Part shown: positions 17,301-29,985 of the stretch, one piece after another
How the letters are laid out: every line of letters starts with the position of its first letter
Numbering within the stretch: position 1 is the stretch's first letter
Assembly: GCA_009914755.4 (NCBI GenBank)
Contig: CP068257.2
Location: forward strand, 8,864,001 to 8,928,000
DNA from: the human T2T-CHM13v2.0 reference genome, Homo sapiens
Reading direction: 5' to 3'
DNA: 64,000 nt
Program-made: the position numbers and the translations under genes
Notes under the pieces: generated by a model
Seen by the model: the letters and a program-made list of their open reading frames with translations, nothing else
What the model was told of the DNA's origin: nothing
Database searches by the model: none

Positions 17301-20300
17301 TGCAGATTCTACAAACAGAGTGTTTCAAAAATGCTCTATGAAAAGGAAGATTCAACTCTGTGAGTTGAATGGACACATCACAAAGTAGTTTCTGAGAATG
17401 CTTCTGTCTGGATTTTATTTATAGGTATTCCTGTTTCCAACAAAGGCCTCAAATCAGACAAAATAACAACTTGCAGAATCTACGAAAAGAGTGTTTCAAA
17501 ACTCCTCTAGGTAAAGGTATGTTCAACGCTGTGTGTTGAATGGAAACAGCACAAAGAAATTCCTGAGAATGCTTCTGTCTAGTTTTTATGTGAAGATATT
17601 CCCTTTTCCACCATAGGCTTCAAAGCTCTCCAAATGTCCACTTGCAGATTCCACAAAAACAGTGTTTCAAAACTGCTCTATCAAAAGAAAGGTTCAAATC
17701 TGTAAGTTGAATGCAGACATAACAAAGAAGTTGCAGAGAATGCTTCTGTCTAGTTTTTATGTGTAGATATTCCCCTTTCCAACGAAGGCCTCAAAGCAGT
17801 CCAAATATCCACTTGCAGATCCTACGAAAAGAGTGTTTCAAAACTGCTCTATGAAAACTTATGTTCAACACTGTGAGGTGAATGCAAACAACTCAAAGAA
17901 GTTTCTGAGACTGCTTCTGTCTGGTTTTTATGTGAAGGTATTTCCTTTTCCACCGTAGGCCTCAAAGCTTTCAAAGTGTTCACTTGCAGATTTTACAAAG
18001 AGTGTCTAAAACTGCTCTATCAAAAGAAAGGTTCAACTCTTTGAGTAGAATGCACACATCACAAAGAAGTTTCTCAGAATGCCTCTGTCTAGTTTTCATG
18101 TGAAAATATTCCCAATTCCTATGAAGGCCTCTAAGCTTTCCAAATATCCACTTGCGGATTCTACCAAAAGAGCATTTCAAAACTTCTCTATGAAAAGGTA
18201 TGTCAAACTCTATTAGTTGAATGCAGACATCACAAAGAAGTTTCTGAGAATGCTTCTGTCTAGTTTTTATGTGAAGATATTTCCTTCTCCACCATAGGCC
18301 TCAAAGATCTCCAAGTGTCCACGTGCAGATTCTACGAAAATAGTGTTTCAAAACTGCTCTATGGAAAGTTATTTTCAACTCTGTGAGTTGAATGCAAATA
18401 TCACAAAGATGTTTTTGAGAATGCTTCTGTCCAGTTTTTATGTGAAGATATTTCCTTTTCCACTGTAGGCCTCAAAGCTCTCTTGGCTTTGCACTTGCAG
18501 ATTCTACAAAAAGAATGTTTCAAACTGCTCCTTCAAAAGAGTGGTTCAGCTCTGTGAGTTGAATGGCCTCATCACAAAGAAGTTTCTGAGAATGCTTCTG
18601 TCTAATTTTTATGTTAAGATATTTCTGTTTCCACTGAAGGCCTCAAAGCAGTCCAAATATCCCCTTGCAGATACTACGAAAAGAGTTTTTCAAAACTGCG
18701 CTATGAAAAGGTATTTCATCTCTGTGAGTTGAATGCAAACATCACAAAGAAGTTTCTGAAAATGCTTCTGTCTTCTTTTTATGTGAAGGTATATCATTTT
18801 CCACCATAGGCATCAAAGCTTCCCAAATGTCCACTTGCAGATTCTACAAAAAGTCTGTTTCAAAACTGCTCTATCAAAACAAAAGTTCAACTCTCTGAGT
18901 TGAATGCACATATCACAAAGAAGTTTCTGAGAGTTCTTCGTTCTAGATTTTATGTGAAGGTATTCCCGTTTCCAACAAAGGCCTCAAATCAGTCCAAATA
19001 TCCACTTGTGGATTCTACGAAAAGAGTGTTTCAAAACTGCTCTATGAAAAGGTATGTTCAACTCTGTGAGTTGAATGCAAACATCACAGAGGAGATTCTG
19101 AGAATGCTTCTGTCCAGTTTTTATGTGGAGATATTTCCTTTTCCACCATAGGCCTCAAAGCTCTCCAAATGACCACTTGCAGATGCTACAAAAACAGTGT
19201 TTCAAAACTGTTCTATGAAAATAAAGGTTAACACTATGAGTTGAATGCAAACATCGCAAAGAAGTTTCTGAAAATGCATCTGTCTGGTTTTTATGTGAAG
19301 GTATATCATTTTCCACCATAGGCTTCAAAGCTACCCAAATGTCCACTTGCAGATTCTGCAAAAAGTCTGTTTCAAAACTGCTCTATCAAAAGAAAAGTTC
19401 AACTCTCTGAGTTGAATGCACACATCACAAAGAAGTTTCTGAGAATTCTTCTTTCTAGTTTTTATATGAAGATATTCCCGTGTCCAACAAAGGCCTCCAA
19501 TCAGTCCAAATATCCACTGGCAGATTCTACGAAGAGTGTTTCAAAACTGCTCTATGAAAAGGGACGTTCAACTCTGTGAGTTCAATGCAAACATCACAGC
19601 GGAGATTCTGAAAATGCTTCTGTCCTGTTTTTATGTGAAGATATTTCTTTTTCCACCATAGGCCTCAAAGCTCTCCAAATGACCACTTGCAGATGCTACA
19701 AAAACAGTGTTTCAAAACTGCCCTATCAAAATAAAGGTTAACACAGTGAGTTGAATGCAATCATCACAAAGTAGTTGCTGAGAATGCTTCTGTCTCGTTT
19801 TCATGTGAAGATATTGTCGTTTACAATGAAGGCCTCAAAGCATTCCAAATATACACTTGCAGATTCTACGAAAAGAGTGCTTCAAAACTGCTCTATGAAA
19901 AGGTGTGTTCAACTCTGTGAGTTGAATGCAAACGTCACAAAGAAGTTTCTGAGAATCTTTGTGTCTGGTTTTTATGTGAAGATATTTCCTTTTCCACCAT
20001 AGGCCTCAAAGCTCTCCAAATGTCCACTGGCAGATTCTACAAAAACGGTTTTTCAAAACTGCTCTATCAATAGAAAGCTTCAACTCTGAGAGTTGAATTC
20101 ACACATCACAAAGAAGTTTCTGAGAATGCTTCCGTCTAGTTTTTATGTGAAGATATTCCTCTTTCCAACGAAGGCCTCAAAGCAGTCCAAATATCCATTT
20201 GCAGATCCTACGAAAAGAGTGTTTCAAAACTGCTCTATGAAAAGGTATGTTCAACTCTGTGAGTTGAATGCAAACGTCACAAACAAGTTTCTGAGAATGC

Positions 20301-20376
20301 TTCTGTCTAGTTTTTATGTGAAGATATTTCCTTCTCCACCACAGGCCTCGAAGCTCTGAAAATTTCCACATGCAGA

Positions 20377-21229
20377 TTCTAAAAAAACAGTGCTTCAAAA
20401 CAGCTCTATCAAAAGAAAGGTTCAGCTCTGTGAGTTGAATGCACACATCACAAAGAAGGCTCTGAGAATGCTTCTCTCTAGTTTTTATGTGAAGATATTC
20501 CCGTTTACAAAGAAGGCCTCAAAGCACTCAATATATCCACTTGCAGATTCTAAAAAAACAGTGCTTCAAACACCTCTATCAAAAGAAAGGTTCAGCTCTG
20601 TGAGTTGAATGCACACATCACAAAGAAGGCTCTGAGAATGCTTCTCTCTAGTTTTTATGTGAAGATATTCCCGTTTACAAAGAAGGCCTCAAAGCACTCA
20701 ATATATTCACTTGCAGATTCTAAAAAAACAGTGCTTCAAAACAGCTCTATCAAAAGAAAGGTTCAGCTCTGTGAGTTGAATGCACACATCACAAAGAAGG
20801 CTCTGAGAATGCTTCTCTCTAGTTTTTATGTGAAGATATTCCCGTTTACAAAGAAGGCCTCAAAGCACTCAATATATCCACTTGCAGATTCTAAAAAAAC
20901 AGTGCTTCAAACACCTCTATCAAAAGAAAGGTTCAGCTCTGTGAGTTGAATGCACACATCACAAAGAAGGCTCTGAGAATGCTTCTCTCTAGTTTTTATG
21001 TGAAGATATTCCCGTTTACAAAGAAGGCCTCAAAGCACTCAATATATTCACTTGCAGATTCTAAAAAAACAGTGCTTCAAAACAGCTCTATCAAAAGAAA
21101 GGTTCAGCTCTGTGAGTTGAATGCACACATCACAAAGAAGGCTCTGAGAATGCTTCTCTCTAGTTTTTATGTGAAGATATTCCCGTTTACAAAGAAGGCC
21201 TCAAACCACTCCGTATATCCACTTGCAGA
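20377..21229 (-). repeat. Intra-HOR tandem amplification of a single alpha monomer (5 tandem copies; 1 copy in HOR copy 2, 2 copies in copies 3 and 4)
   Basis: The monomer TTCTAAAAAAACAGTGCTTCAAA(A/C)C(AG/-)CTCTATCAAAAGAAAGGTTCAGCTCTGTGAGTTGAATGCACACATCACAAAGAAGGCTCTGAGAATGCTTCTCTCTAGTTTTTATGTGAAGATATTCCCGTTTACAAAGAAGGCCTCAAAGCACTCAATATAT(C/T)CACTTGCAGA starts at 20377, 20548, 20718, 20889 and 21059, a period of 170-171 bp. The orthologous positions hold 24645-24815 (1 copy) and 28065-28405 (2 copies). Confidence 0.8.
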
Positions 21230-21522
21230 TTCTACAAAAAGAGTGTTTCAAAACTGCTCTGTGAAAAGGTATGTTCAACTCTGTGGGTTGAATGCAAACA
21301 ATACAAAGAAGTTTCTGAGAATGCTTCCATCTGGTTTTTATGTGAAGGTATTTCCTTTTCCACCACAGGCCTCAAAGCTTGCCAAATGTCCACTTGCAGA
21401 TTCTACAAAAAGAGTGTTTAAAAACTGCTCTATCAAAAGGAAGATTCAACTCTTTGTGTTGAATGTGCAGATCACAAAGAAGTTTCTGAGAATGCTTCTG
21501 TCTAGTTTTTATGTGGAGATAT

Positions 21523-21539
21523 TCCCGTTTCCAACGAAG
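21523..21539 (-). promoter_or_regulatory. CENP-B box (full consensus) in an HOR monomer
   Basis: TCCCGTTTCCAACGAAG. The same box recurs at the orthologous HOR positions 25280..25296, 28699..28715 and 32117..32133. Confidence 0.7.
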
Positions 21540-21694
21540 GCCTCTAAGCAGTACAAATATCCACTCTGCAGATTTTGCGAAAAGAGTGTTTCCAAACTGC
21601 TCTATCAACAGAAAGGTTCAACTCTGTGAGTTGAATGCACACATCACAAAGAAATTTCCCAGAATTCTTCTGTCCAGTTCTTATGTGAAGATAT

Positions 21695-21711
21695 TCCCGT
21701 TTCCAACGAAG
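21695..21711 (-). promoter_or_regulatory. CENP-B box (full consensus) in an HOR monomer
   Basis: TCCCGTTTCCAACGAAG. The orthologous boxes in copies 2 and 4 (~25450, ~32290) read TCCCGTTTCCGACGAAG with the core retained. The copy-3 orthologue (~28870) reads ...CCGATGAAG, so its core is broken. Confidence 0.65.
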
Positions 21712-22809
21712 GCCTCAAAGCAGTCCAAATATCCACTTGCAGATTCTACGAAACGAGTGTTTCAAAACTGCTCTATGACAAGGTATGTTCAAATCTGTGA
21801 GTTGAATGCACACATCACAAGGAAGTTTCTGAGAATACATCTGTCTAGTGTTTATGTAAAGATATTCCTGTTTCCAAAGAAAACCTAAAAGCAGTCCAAA
21901 TATCCACTTGCAGATTCTACGAAAAGAGTGTTTCAACACTCCTCTATGAAAAGGTATTTTCAACTTTGTGAGTTGAATGCAAACAGCACAAAGAAGTTTC
22001 TCAGAATGCTTCTGTCTGGCTTTTATGTGAAGATATTTTCTTTCTCACCAGAGGCCTCAAAGCTCTCCAAATGTCCACTTGCAGATTCTTCAAAAAGAGT
22101 GTTTCAAGACTGCTCTATGAAAAGAAAGGTTCAAGTCTGTGAGTTGAATGCCCACATCACAAAGAAGTTTCTGAGAATGCTTTTGTCTAGTTTTTATTTG
22201 AAGATATTCACATTTCCAACGAAGGCCTGAAAGCGTTCCAATTATCCATTTGCATATTCCACCAAAAGAGTTTTCCAAAACTGCTCTATGAAAAGGTATG
22301 TCCATCTCTGTGAGTTGAATGCAAACATAACAAAGTAGGTACTGAGAATGTTTCTGTCTAGTTTTCATGGGAAGGTATTTCCATTTCCACCATATGCTTC
22401 AAAAGTCTCCAAATGTCCACTTGCAGATTCTATAAAAACAGTGTTTCAAAACTGCTCTATCAAAAGAAAGGTTCAACTCTCTGAGTTGAATGCCCCCATC
22501 ACAAAGGTGTTTCTGAGAATGCTTCTGTCTAGTTTTTATGTGAAGATATTTCCGTTTCCAACGAGGTCCTTAAAGCAGTCCAAATATCCTCTTGCAGATT
22601 CTACAAAAAGAGTGTTTCAAAACTGCTCTACGAAAAGTTATTTTCAACTCTGTGAGTTGAATGTAAATATCACAAAGATGTTTTTGAGAATGCTTCTGTC
22701 CAGTTTTTATGTGAAGATATTTCCTTTTCCACTGTAGGCCTCAAAGCTCTCTTGGCTTTGCACTTGCAGATTCTACAAAAAGAATGTTTCAAACTGCTCC
22801 TTCAAAAGA

Positions 22810-25800
22810 GTGGTTCAGCTCTGTGAGTTGAATGGCCTCATCACAAAGAAGTTTCTGAGAATGCTTCTGTCTAATTTTTATGTTAAGATATTTCTGTTTC
22901 CACTGAAGGCCTCAAAGCAGTCCAAATATCCCCTTGCAGATACTACGAAAAGAGTTTTTCAAAACTGCGCTATGAAAAGGTATTTCATCTCTGTGAGTTG
23001 AATGCAAACATCACAAAGAAGTTTCTGAAAATGCTTCTGTCTTCTTTTTATGTGAAGGTATATCATTTTCCACCATAGGCCTCAAAGCTTCCCAAATGTC
23101 CACTTGCAGATTCTACAAAAGTCTGTTTCAAAACTGCTCTATCAAAAGAAAAGTTCAACTCTCTGAGTTGAATGCACATATCACAAAGAAGTTTCTGAGA
23201 ATTCTTCTTTCTAGATTTTATGTGAAGGTATTCCCGTTTCCAACAAAGGCCTCAAATCAGTCCAAATATCCACTTGTGGATTCTACGAAAAGAGTGTTTC
23301 AAAACTGCTCTATGAAAAGGTATGTTCAACTCTGTGAGTTGAATGCAAACATCACAGAGGAGATTCTGAGAATGCTTCTGTCCAGTTTTTATGTGGAGAT
23401 ATTTCCTTTTCCACCATAGGCCTCAAAGCTCTCCAAATGACCACTTGCAGATGCTACAAAAACAGTGTTTCAAAACTGTTCTATGAAAATAAAGGTTAAC
23501 ACTGTGAGTTGAATGCAAACATCGCAAAGAAGTTTCTGAAAATGCTTCTGTCTGGTTTTTATGTGAAGGTATATCATTTTCCACCATAGGCCTCAAAGCT
23601 TCCCAAATGTCCACTTGCAGATTCTGCAAAAAGTCTGTTTCAAAACTGCTCTATCAAAAGAAAAGTTCAACTCTCTGAGTTGAATGCACACATCACAAAG
23701 AAGTTTCTGAGAATTCTTCTTTCTAGTTTTTATATGAAGATATTCCCGTGTCCAACAAAGGCCTCCAATCAGTCCAAATATCCACTGGCAGATTCTACGA
23801 AGAGTGTTTCAAAACTGCTCTATGAAAAGGGACGTTCAACTCTGTGAGTTCAATGCAAACATCACAGCGGAGATTCTGAAAATGCTTCTGTCCTGTTTTT
23901 ATGTGAAGATATTTCCTTTTCCACCATAGGCCTCAAAGCTCTCCAAAGGACCACTTGCAGATGCTACAAAAACAGTGTTTCCAAACTGCCCTATCAAAAT
24001 AAAGGTTAACACAGTGAGTTGAATGCAATCATCACAAAGTAGTTGCTGAGAATGCTTCTGTCTCGTTTTCATGTGAAGATATTGTCGTTTACAATGAAGG
24101 CCTCAAAGCATTCCAAATATACACTTGCAGATTCTACGAAAAGAGTGCTTCAAAACTGCTCTATGAAAAGGTGTGTTCAACTCTGTGAGTTGAATGCAAA
24201 CGTCACAAAGAAGTTTCTGAGAATCTTTGTGTCTGGTTTTTATGTGAAGATATTTCCTTTTCCACCGTAGGCCTCAAAGCTCTCCAAATGTCCACTGGCA
24301 GATTCTACAAAAACGGTTTTTCAAAACTGCTCTATCAATAGAAAGCTTCAACTCTGAGAGTTGAATTCACACATCACAAAGAAGTTTCTGAGAATGCTTC
24401 CGTCTAGTTTTTATGTGAAGATATTCCTCTTTCCAACGAAGGCCTCAAAGCAGTCCAAATATCCATTTGCAGATCCTACGAAAAGAGTGTTTCAAAATTG
24501 CTCTATGAAAAGGTATGTTCAACTCTGTGAGTTGAATGCAAACGTCACAAACAAGTTTCTGAGAATGCTTCTGTCTAGTTTTTATGTGAAGATATTTCCT
24601 TCTCCACCACAGGCCTCGAAGCTCTGAAAATTTCCACATGCAGATTCTAAAAAAACAGTGCTTCAAAACAGCTCTATCAAAAGAAAGGTTCAGCTCTGTG
24701 AGTTGAATGCACACATCACAAAGAAGGCTCTGAGAATGCTTCTCTCTAGTTTTTATGTGAAGATATTCCCGTTTACAAAGAAGGCCTCAAAGCACTCCAT
24801 ATATCCACTTGCAGATTCTACAAAAAGAGTGTTTCAAAACTGCTCTGTGAAAAGGTATGTTCAACTCTGTGGGTTGAATGCAAACAATACAAAGAAGTTT
24901 CTGAGAATGCTTCCATCTGGTTTTTATGTGAAGGTATTTCCTTTTCCACCACAGGCCTCAAAGCTTGCCAAATGTCCACTTGCAGATTCTACAAAAAGAG
25001 TGTTTAAAAACTGCTCTGTGAAAAGGTATGTTCAACTCTGTGGGTTGAATGCAAACAATACAAAGAAGTTTCTGAGAATGCTTCCATCTGGTTTTTATGT
25101 GAAGGTATTTCCTTTTCCACCACAGGCCTCAAAGCTTTCCAAATGTCCACTTGCAGATTCTACAAAAAGAGTGTTTAAATACTGCTCTATCAAAAGGAAG
25201 ATTCTACTCTTTGTGTTGAATGTGCAGATCACAAAGAAGTTTCTGAGAATGCTTCTGTCTAGTTTTTATGTGAAGATATTCCCGTTTCCAACGAAGGCCT
25301 CTAAGCAGTACAAATATCCACTCTGCAGATTTTGCGAAAAGAGTGTTTCCAAACTCCTCTATCAACAGAAAGGTTCAACTCTGTGTGTTGAATGCACACA
25401 TCACAAAGAAATTTCCCAGAATTCTTCTGTCTAGTTCTTATGTGAAGATATTCCCGTTTCCGACGAAGGCCTCAAAGCAGTCCAAATATCCACTTGCAGA
25501 TTCTACGAAACGAGTGTTTCAAAACTGCTCTATGACAAGGTATGTTCAAATCTGTGAGTTGAATGCACACATCACAAAGAACTTTCTGAGAATGCATCTG
25601 TCTAGTTTTTATGTAAAGATATTCCTGTTTCCAAAGAAAACCTAAAAGCAGTCCAAATATCCACTTGCAGATTCTACGAAAAGAGTGTTTCAAAACTCCT
25701 CTATGAAAAGGTATTTTCAACTTTGTGAGTTGAATGCAAACAGCACAAAGAAGTTTCTCAGAATGCTTCTGTCTGACTTTTATGTGAAGATATTTTCTTT

Positions 25801-26566
25801 CTCACCATAGGCCTCAAAGCTCTCCAAATGTCCACTTGCCGATTCTTCAAAAAGAGTGTTTCAAGACTGGTCTATGAAAAGAAAGGTTCAAGTCTGTGAG
25901 TTGAATGCCCACATCACAAAGAAGTTGCTGAGAATGCTTTTGTCTAGTTTTTATTTGAAAATATTCACATTTCCAAAGAAGGCCTGAGAGCGTTCCAATT
26001 ATCCATTTGCATATTCTACCAAAAGAGTTTTCCAAAACTGCTCTATGAAAAGGTATGTCCATCTCTGTGAGTTGAATGCAAACATAACAAAGTAGGTACT
26101 GAGAATGTTTCTGTCTAGTTTTCATGGGAAGGTATTTCCATTTCCACCATATGCTTCAAAAGTCTCCAAATGTCCACTTGCAGATCCTATAAAAACAGTG
26201 TTTCAAAACTGCTCTATCAAAAGAAAGGTTCAACTCTCTGAGTTGAATGCCCCCATCACAAAGGTGTTTCTGAGAATGCTTCTGTCTAGTTTTTATGTGA
26301 AGATATTCCCGTTTCCAACGAGGTCCTTAAAGCAGTCCAAATATCCTCTTGCAGATTCTACAAAAAGAGTGTTTCAAAACTGCTCTATGAAAAGTTATTT
26401 TCAACTCTGTGAGTTGAATGCAAATATCACAAAGATGTTTTTGAGAATGCTTCTGTCCAGTTTTTATGTGAAGATATTTCCTTTTCCACTGTAGGCCTCA
26501 AAGCTCTCTTGGCTTTGCACTTGCAGATTCTACAAAAAGAATGTTTCAAACTGCTCCTTCAAAAGA
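22810..26566 (-). repeat. HOR copy 2 (22 monomers, 3757 bp)
   Basis: Landmark spacing 22810 to 26567. Contains a duplicated ...CGLNANNTKKFLRMLPSGFYVKVFPFPPQASKL... monomer (seen twice in ORF 24658..25434) and only one copy of the KKAL-type monomer. Confidence 0.8.
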
Positions 26567-29500
26567 GTGGTTCAGCTCTGTGAGTTGAATGGCCTCATCA
26601 CAAAGAAGTTTCTGAGGATGCTTCTGTCTAATTTTTATGTTAAGATATTTCTGTTTCCACTGAAGGCCTCAAAGCAGTCCAAATATCCCCTTGCAGATAC
26701 TACGAAAAGAGTTTTTCAAAACTGCGCTATGAAAAGGTATTTCATCTCTGTGAGTTGAATGCAAACATCACAAAGAAGTTTCTGAAAATGCTTCTGTCTT
26801 CTTTTTATGTGAAGGTATATCATTTTCCACCATAGGCCTCAAAGCTTCCCAAATGTCCACTTGCAGATTCTACAAAAAGTCTGTTTCAAAACTGCTCTAT
26901 CAAAAGAAAAGTTCAACTCTCTGAGTTGAATGCACATATCACAAAGAAGTTTCTGAGAATTCTTCTTTCTAGATTTTATGTGAAGGTATTCCCGTTTCCA
27001 ACAAAGGCCTCAAATCAGTCCAAATAACCACTTGTGGATTCTACGAAAAGAGTGTTTCAAAACTGCTCTATGAAAAGGTATGTTCAACTCTGTGAGTTGA
27101 ATGCAAACATCACAGAGGAGATTCTGAGAATGCTTCTGTCCAGTTTTTATGTGGAGATATTTCCTTTTCCACCATAGGCCTCAAAGCTCTCCAAATGACC
27201 ACTTGCAGATGCTACAAAAACAGTGTTTCAAAACTGTTCTATGAAAATAAAGGTTAACACTGTGAGTTGAATGCAAACATCGCAAAGAAGTTTCTGAAAA
27301 TGCTTCTGTCTGGTTTATATGTGAAGGTATATCATTTTCCACCATAGGCCTCAAAGCTCTCCAAAAGAACACTTGCAGATGCTACCAAAACAGTGTTTAC
27401 AAACTGCCCTATCAAAATAAAGGTTAACACAGTGAGTTGAATGCAATCATCACAAAGTAGTTGCTGAGAATGCTTCTGTCTCGTTTTTATGTGAAGATAT
27501 TCTCGTTTACAATGAAGGCCTCAAAGCATTCCAAATATACACTTGCAGATTCTACGAAAAGACTGCTTCAAAACTGCTCTATGAAAAGGTGTGTTCAACT
27601 CTGTGAGTTGAGTGCAAGCGTCACAAAGAAGTTTCTGAGAATCTTTGTGTCTGGTTTTTATGTGAAGATATTTCCTTTTCCACCGTAGGCCTCCAAGCTC
27701 TCCAAATGTCCACTGGCAGATTCTACAAAAAACGGTTTTTCAAAACTGCTCTATCAATAGAAAGCTTCAACTCTGTGAGTTGAATTCACACATCACAAAG
27801 AAGTTTCTGAGAATGCTTCCGTCTAGTTTTTATGTGAAGATATTCCTCTTTCCAACGAAGGCCTCAAAGCAGTCCAAATATCCATTTGCAGATCCTACGA
27901 AAAGAGTGTTTCAAAACTGCTCTATGAAAAGGTATGTTCAACTCTGTGAGTTGAATGCAAACGTCACAAACAAGTTTCTGAGAATGCTTCTGTCTAGTTT
28001 TTATGTGAAGATATTTCCTTCTCCACCACAGGCCTCGAAGCTCTGAAAATTTCCACATGCAGATTCTAAAAAAACAGTGCTTCAAAACAGCTCTATCAAA
28101 AGAAAGGTTCAGCTCTGTGAGTTGAATGCACACATCACAAAGAAGGCTCTGAGAATGCTTCTCTCTAGTTTTTATGTGAAGATATTCCCGTTTACAAAGA
28201 AGGCCTCAAAGCACTCAATATATCCACTTGCAGATTCTAAAAAAACAGTGCTTCAAAACAGCTCTATCAAAAGAAAGGTTCAGCTCTGTGAGTTGAATGC
28301 ACACATCACAAAGAAGGCTCTGAGAATGCTTCTCTCTAGTTTTTATGTGAAGATATTCCCGTTTACAAAGAAGGCCTCAAAGCACTCCATATATCCACTT
28401 GCAGATTCTACAAAAAGAGTGTTTCAAAACTGCTCTGTGAAAAGGTATGTTCAACTCTGTGGGTTGAATGCAAACAATACAAAGAAGTTTCTGAGAATGC
28501 TTCCATCTGGTTTTTATGTGAAGGTATTTCCTTTTCCACCACAGGCCTCAAAGCTTTCCAAATGTCCACTTGCAGATTCTACAAAAAGAGTGTTTAAAAA
28601 CTGCTCTATCAAAAGGAAGATTCAACTCTTTGTGTTGAATGTGCAGATCACAAAGAAGTTTCTGAGAATGCTTCTGTCTAGTTTTTATGTGGAGATATTC
28701 CCGTTTCCAACGAAGGCCTCTAAGCAGTACAAATATCCGCTTTGCAGATTTTGCGAAAAGAGTGTTTCCAAACTGCTCTATCAACAGAAAGGTTCAACTC
28801 TGTGAGTTGAATGCACACATCACAAAGAAATTTCCCAGAATTCTTCTGTCTAGTTCTTATGTGAAGATATTCCCGTTTCCGATGAAGGCCTCAAAGCAGT
28901 CCAAATATCCACTTGCAGATTCTACGAAACGAGTGTTTCAAAACTGCTCTATGACAAGGTATGTTCAAATCTGTGAGTTGAATGCACACATCACAAAGAA
29001 CTTTCTGAGAATGCATCTGTCTAGTTTTTATGTAAAGATATTCCTGTTTCCAAAGAAAACCTAAAAGCAGTCCAAATATCCACTTGCAGATTCTACGAAA
29101 AGAGTGTTTCAAAACTCCTCTATGAAAAGGTATTTTCAACTTTGTGAGTTGAATGCAAACAGCACAAAGAAGTTTCTCAGAATGCTTCTGTCTGGTTTTT
29201 ATGTGAAGATATTTTCTTTCTCACCATAGGCCTCAAAGCTCTCCAAATGTCCACTTGCAGATTCTTCAAAAAGAGTGTTTCAAGACTGGTCTATGAAAAG
29301 AAAGGTTCAAGTCTGTGAGTTGAATGCCCACATCACAAAGAAGTTTCTGAGAATGCTTTTGTCTAGTTTTTATTTGAAGATATTCACATTTCCAACGAAG
29401 GCCTGAAAGCGTTCCAATTATCCATTTGCATATTCTACCAAAAGAGTTTTCCAAAACTGCTCTATGAAAAGGTATGTCCGTCTCTGTGAGTTGAATGCAA

Positions 29501-29985
29501 ACATAACAAAGTAGGTACTGAGAATGTTTCTGTCTAGTTTTCATGGGAAGGTATTTCCATTTCCACCATATGCTTCAAAAGTCTCCAAATGTCCACTTGC
29601 AGATTCTATAAAAACAGTGTTTCAAAACTGCTCTATCAAAAGAAAGGTTCAACTCTCTGAGTTGAATGCCCACATCACAAAGGTGTTTCTGAGAATGCTT
29701 CTGTCTAGTTTTTATGTGAAGATATTCCCGTTTCCAACGAGGTCCTTAAAGCAGTCCAAATATCCTCTTGCAGATTCTACAAAAAGAGTGTTTCAAAACT
29801 GCTCTATGAAAAGTTATTTTCAACTCTGTGAGTTGAATGCAAATATCACAAAGATGTTTTTGAGAATGCTTCTGTCCAGTTTTTATGTGAAGATATTTCC
29901 TTTTCCACTGTAGGCCTCAAAGCTCTCTTGGCTTTGCACTTGCAGATTCTACAAAAAGAATGTTTCAAACTGCTCCTTCAAAAGA
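26567..29985 (-). repeat. HOR copy 3 (20 monomers, 3419 bp)
   Basis: Landmark spacing 26567 to 29986. Confidence 0.8.

Larger units (their letters stand above)
13323..18330 (-). repeat. Alpha satellite, divergent monomeric/dimeric array, reverse-complement orientation
   Basis: 171-bp monomers read as the reverse complement of the consensus (CTTCTGTCTAGTTTTTATGTGAAGATATT...CCAAATATCCACTTGCAGATTCTAC...). Monomers alternate between A-type (TTCCTTTTCCACCATAGGCC) and B-type (TTCCCGTTTCCAACGAAGGCC), i.e. a dimeric organisation of the SF1/SF2 kind. No long-range HOR is visible in this segment. Confidence 0.88.
18541..22809 (-). repeat. HOR copy 1 (25 monomers, 4269 bp)
   Basis: Delimited by the recurring landmark beginning GGTTCAGCTCTGTGAGTTGAATGGCCTCATCACAAAG at 18541 and 22810. 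Confidence 0.8.
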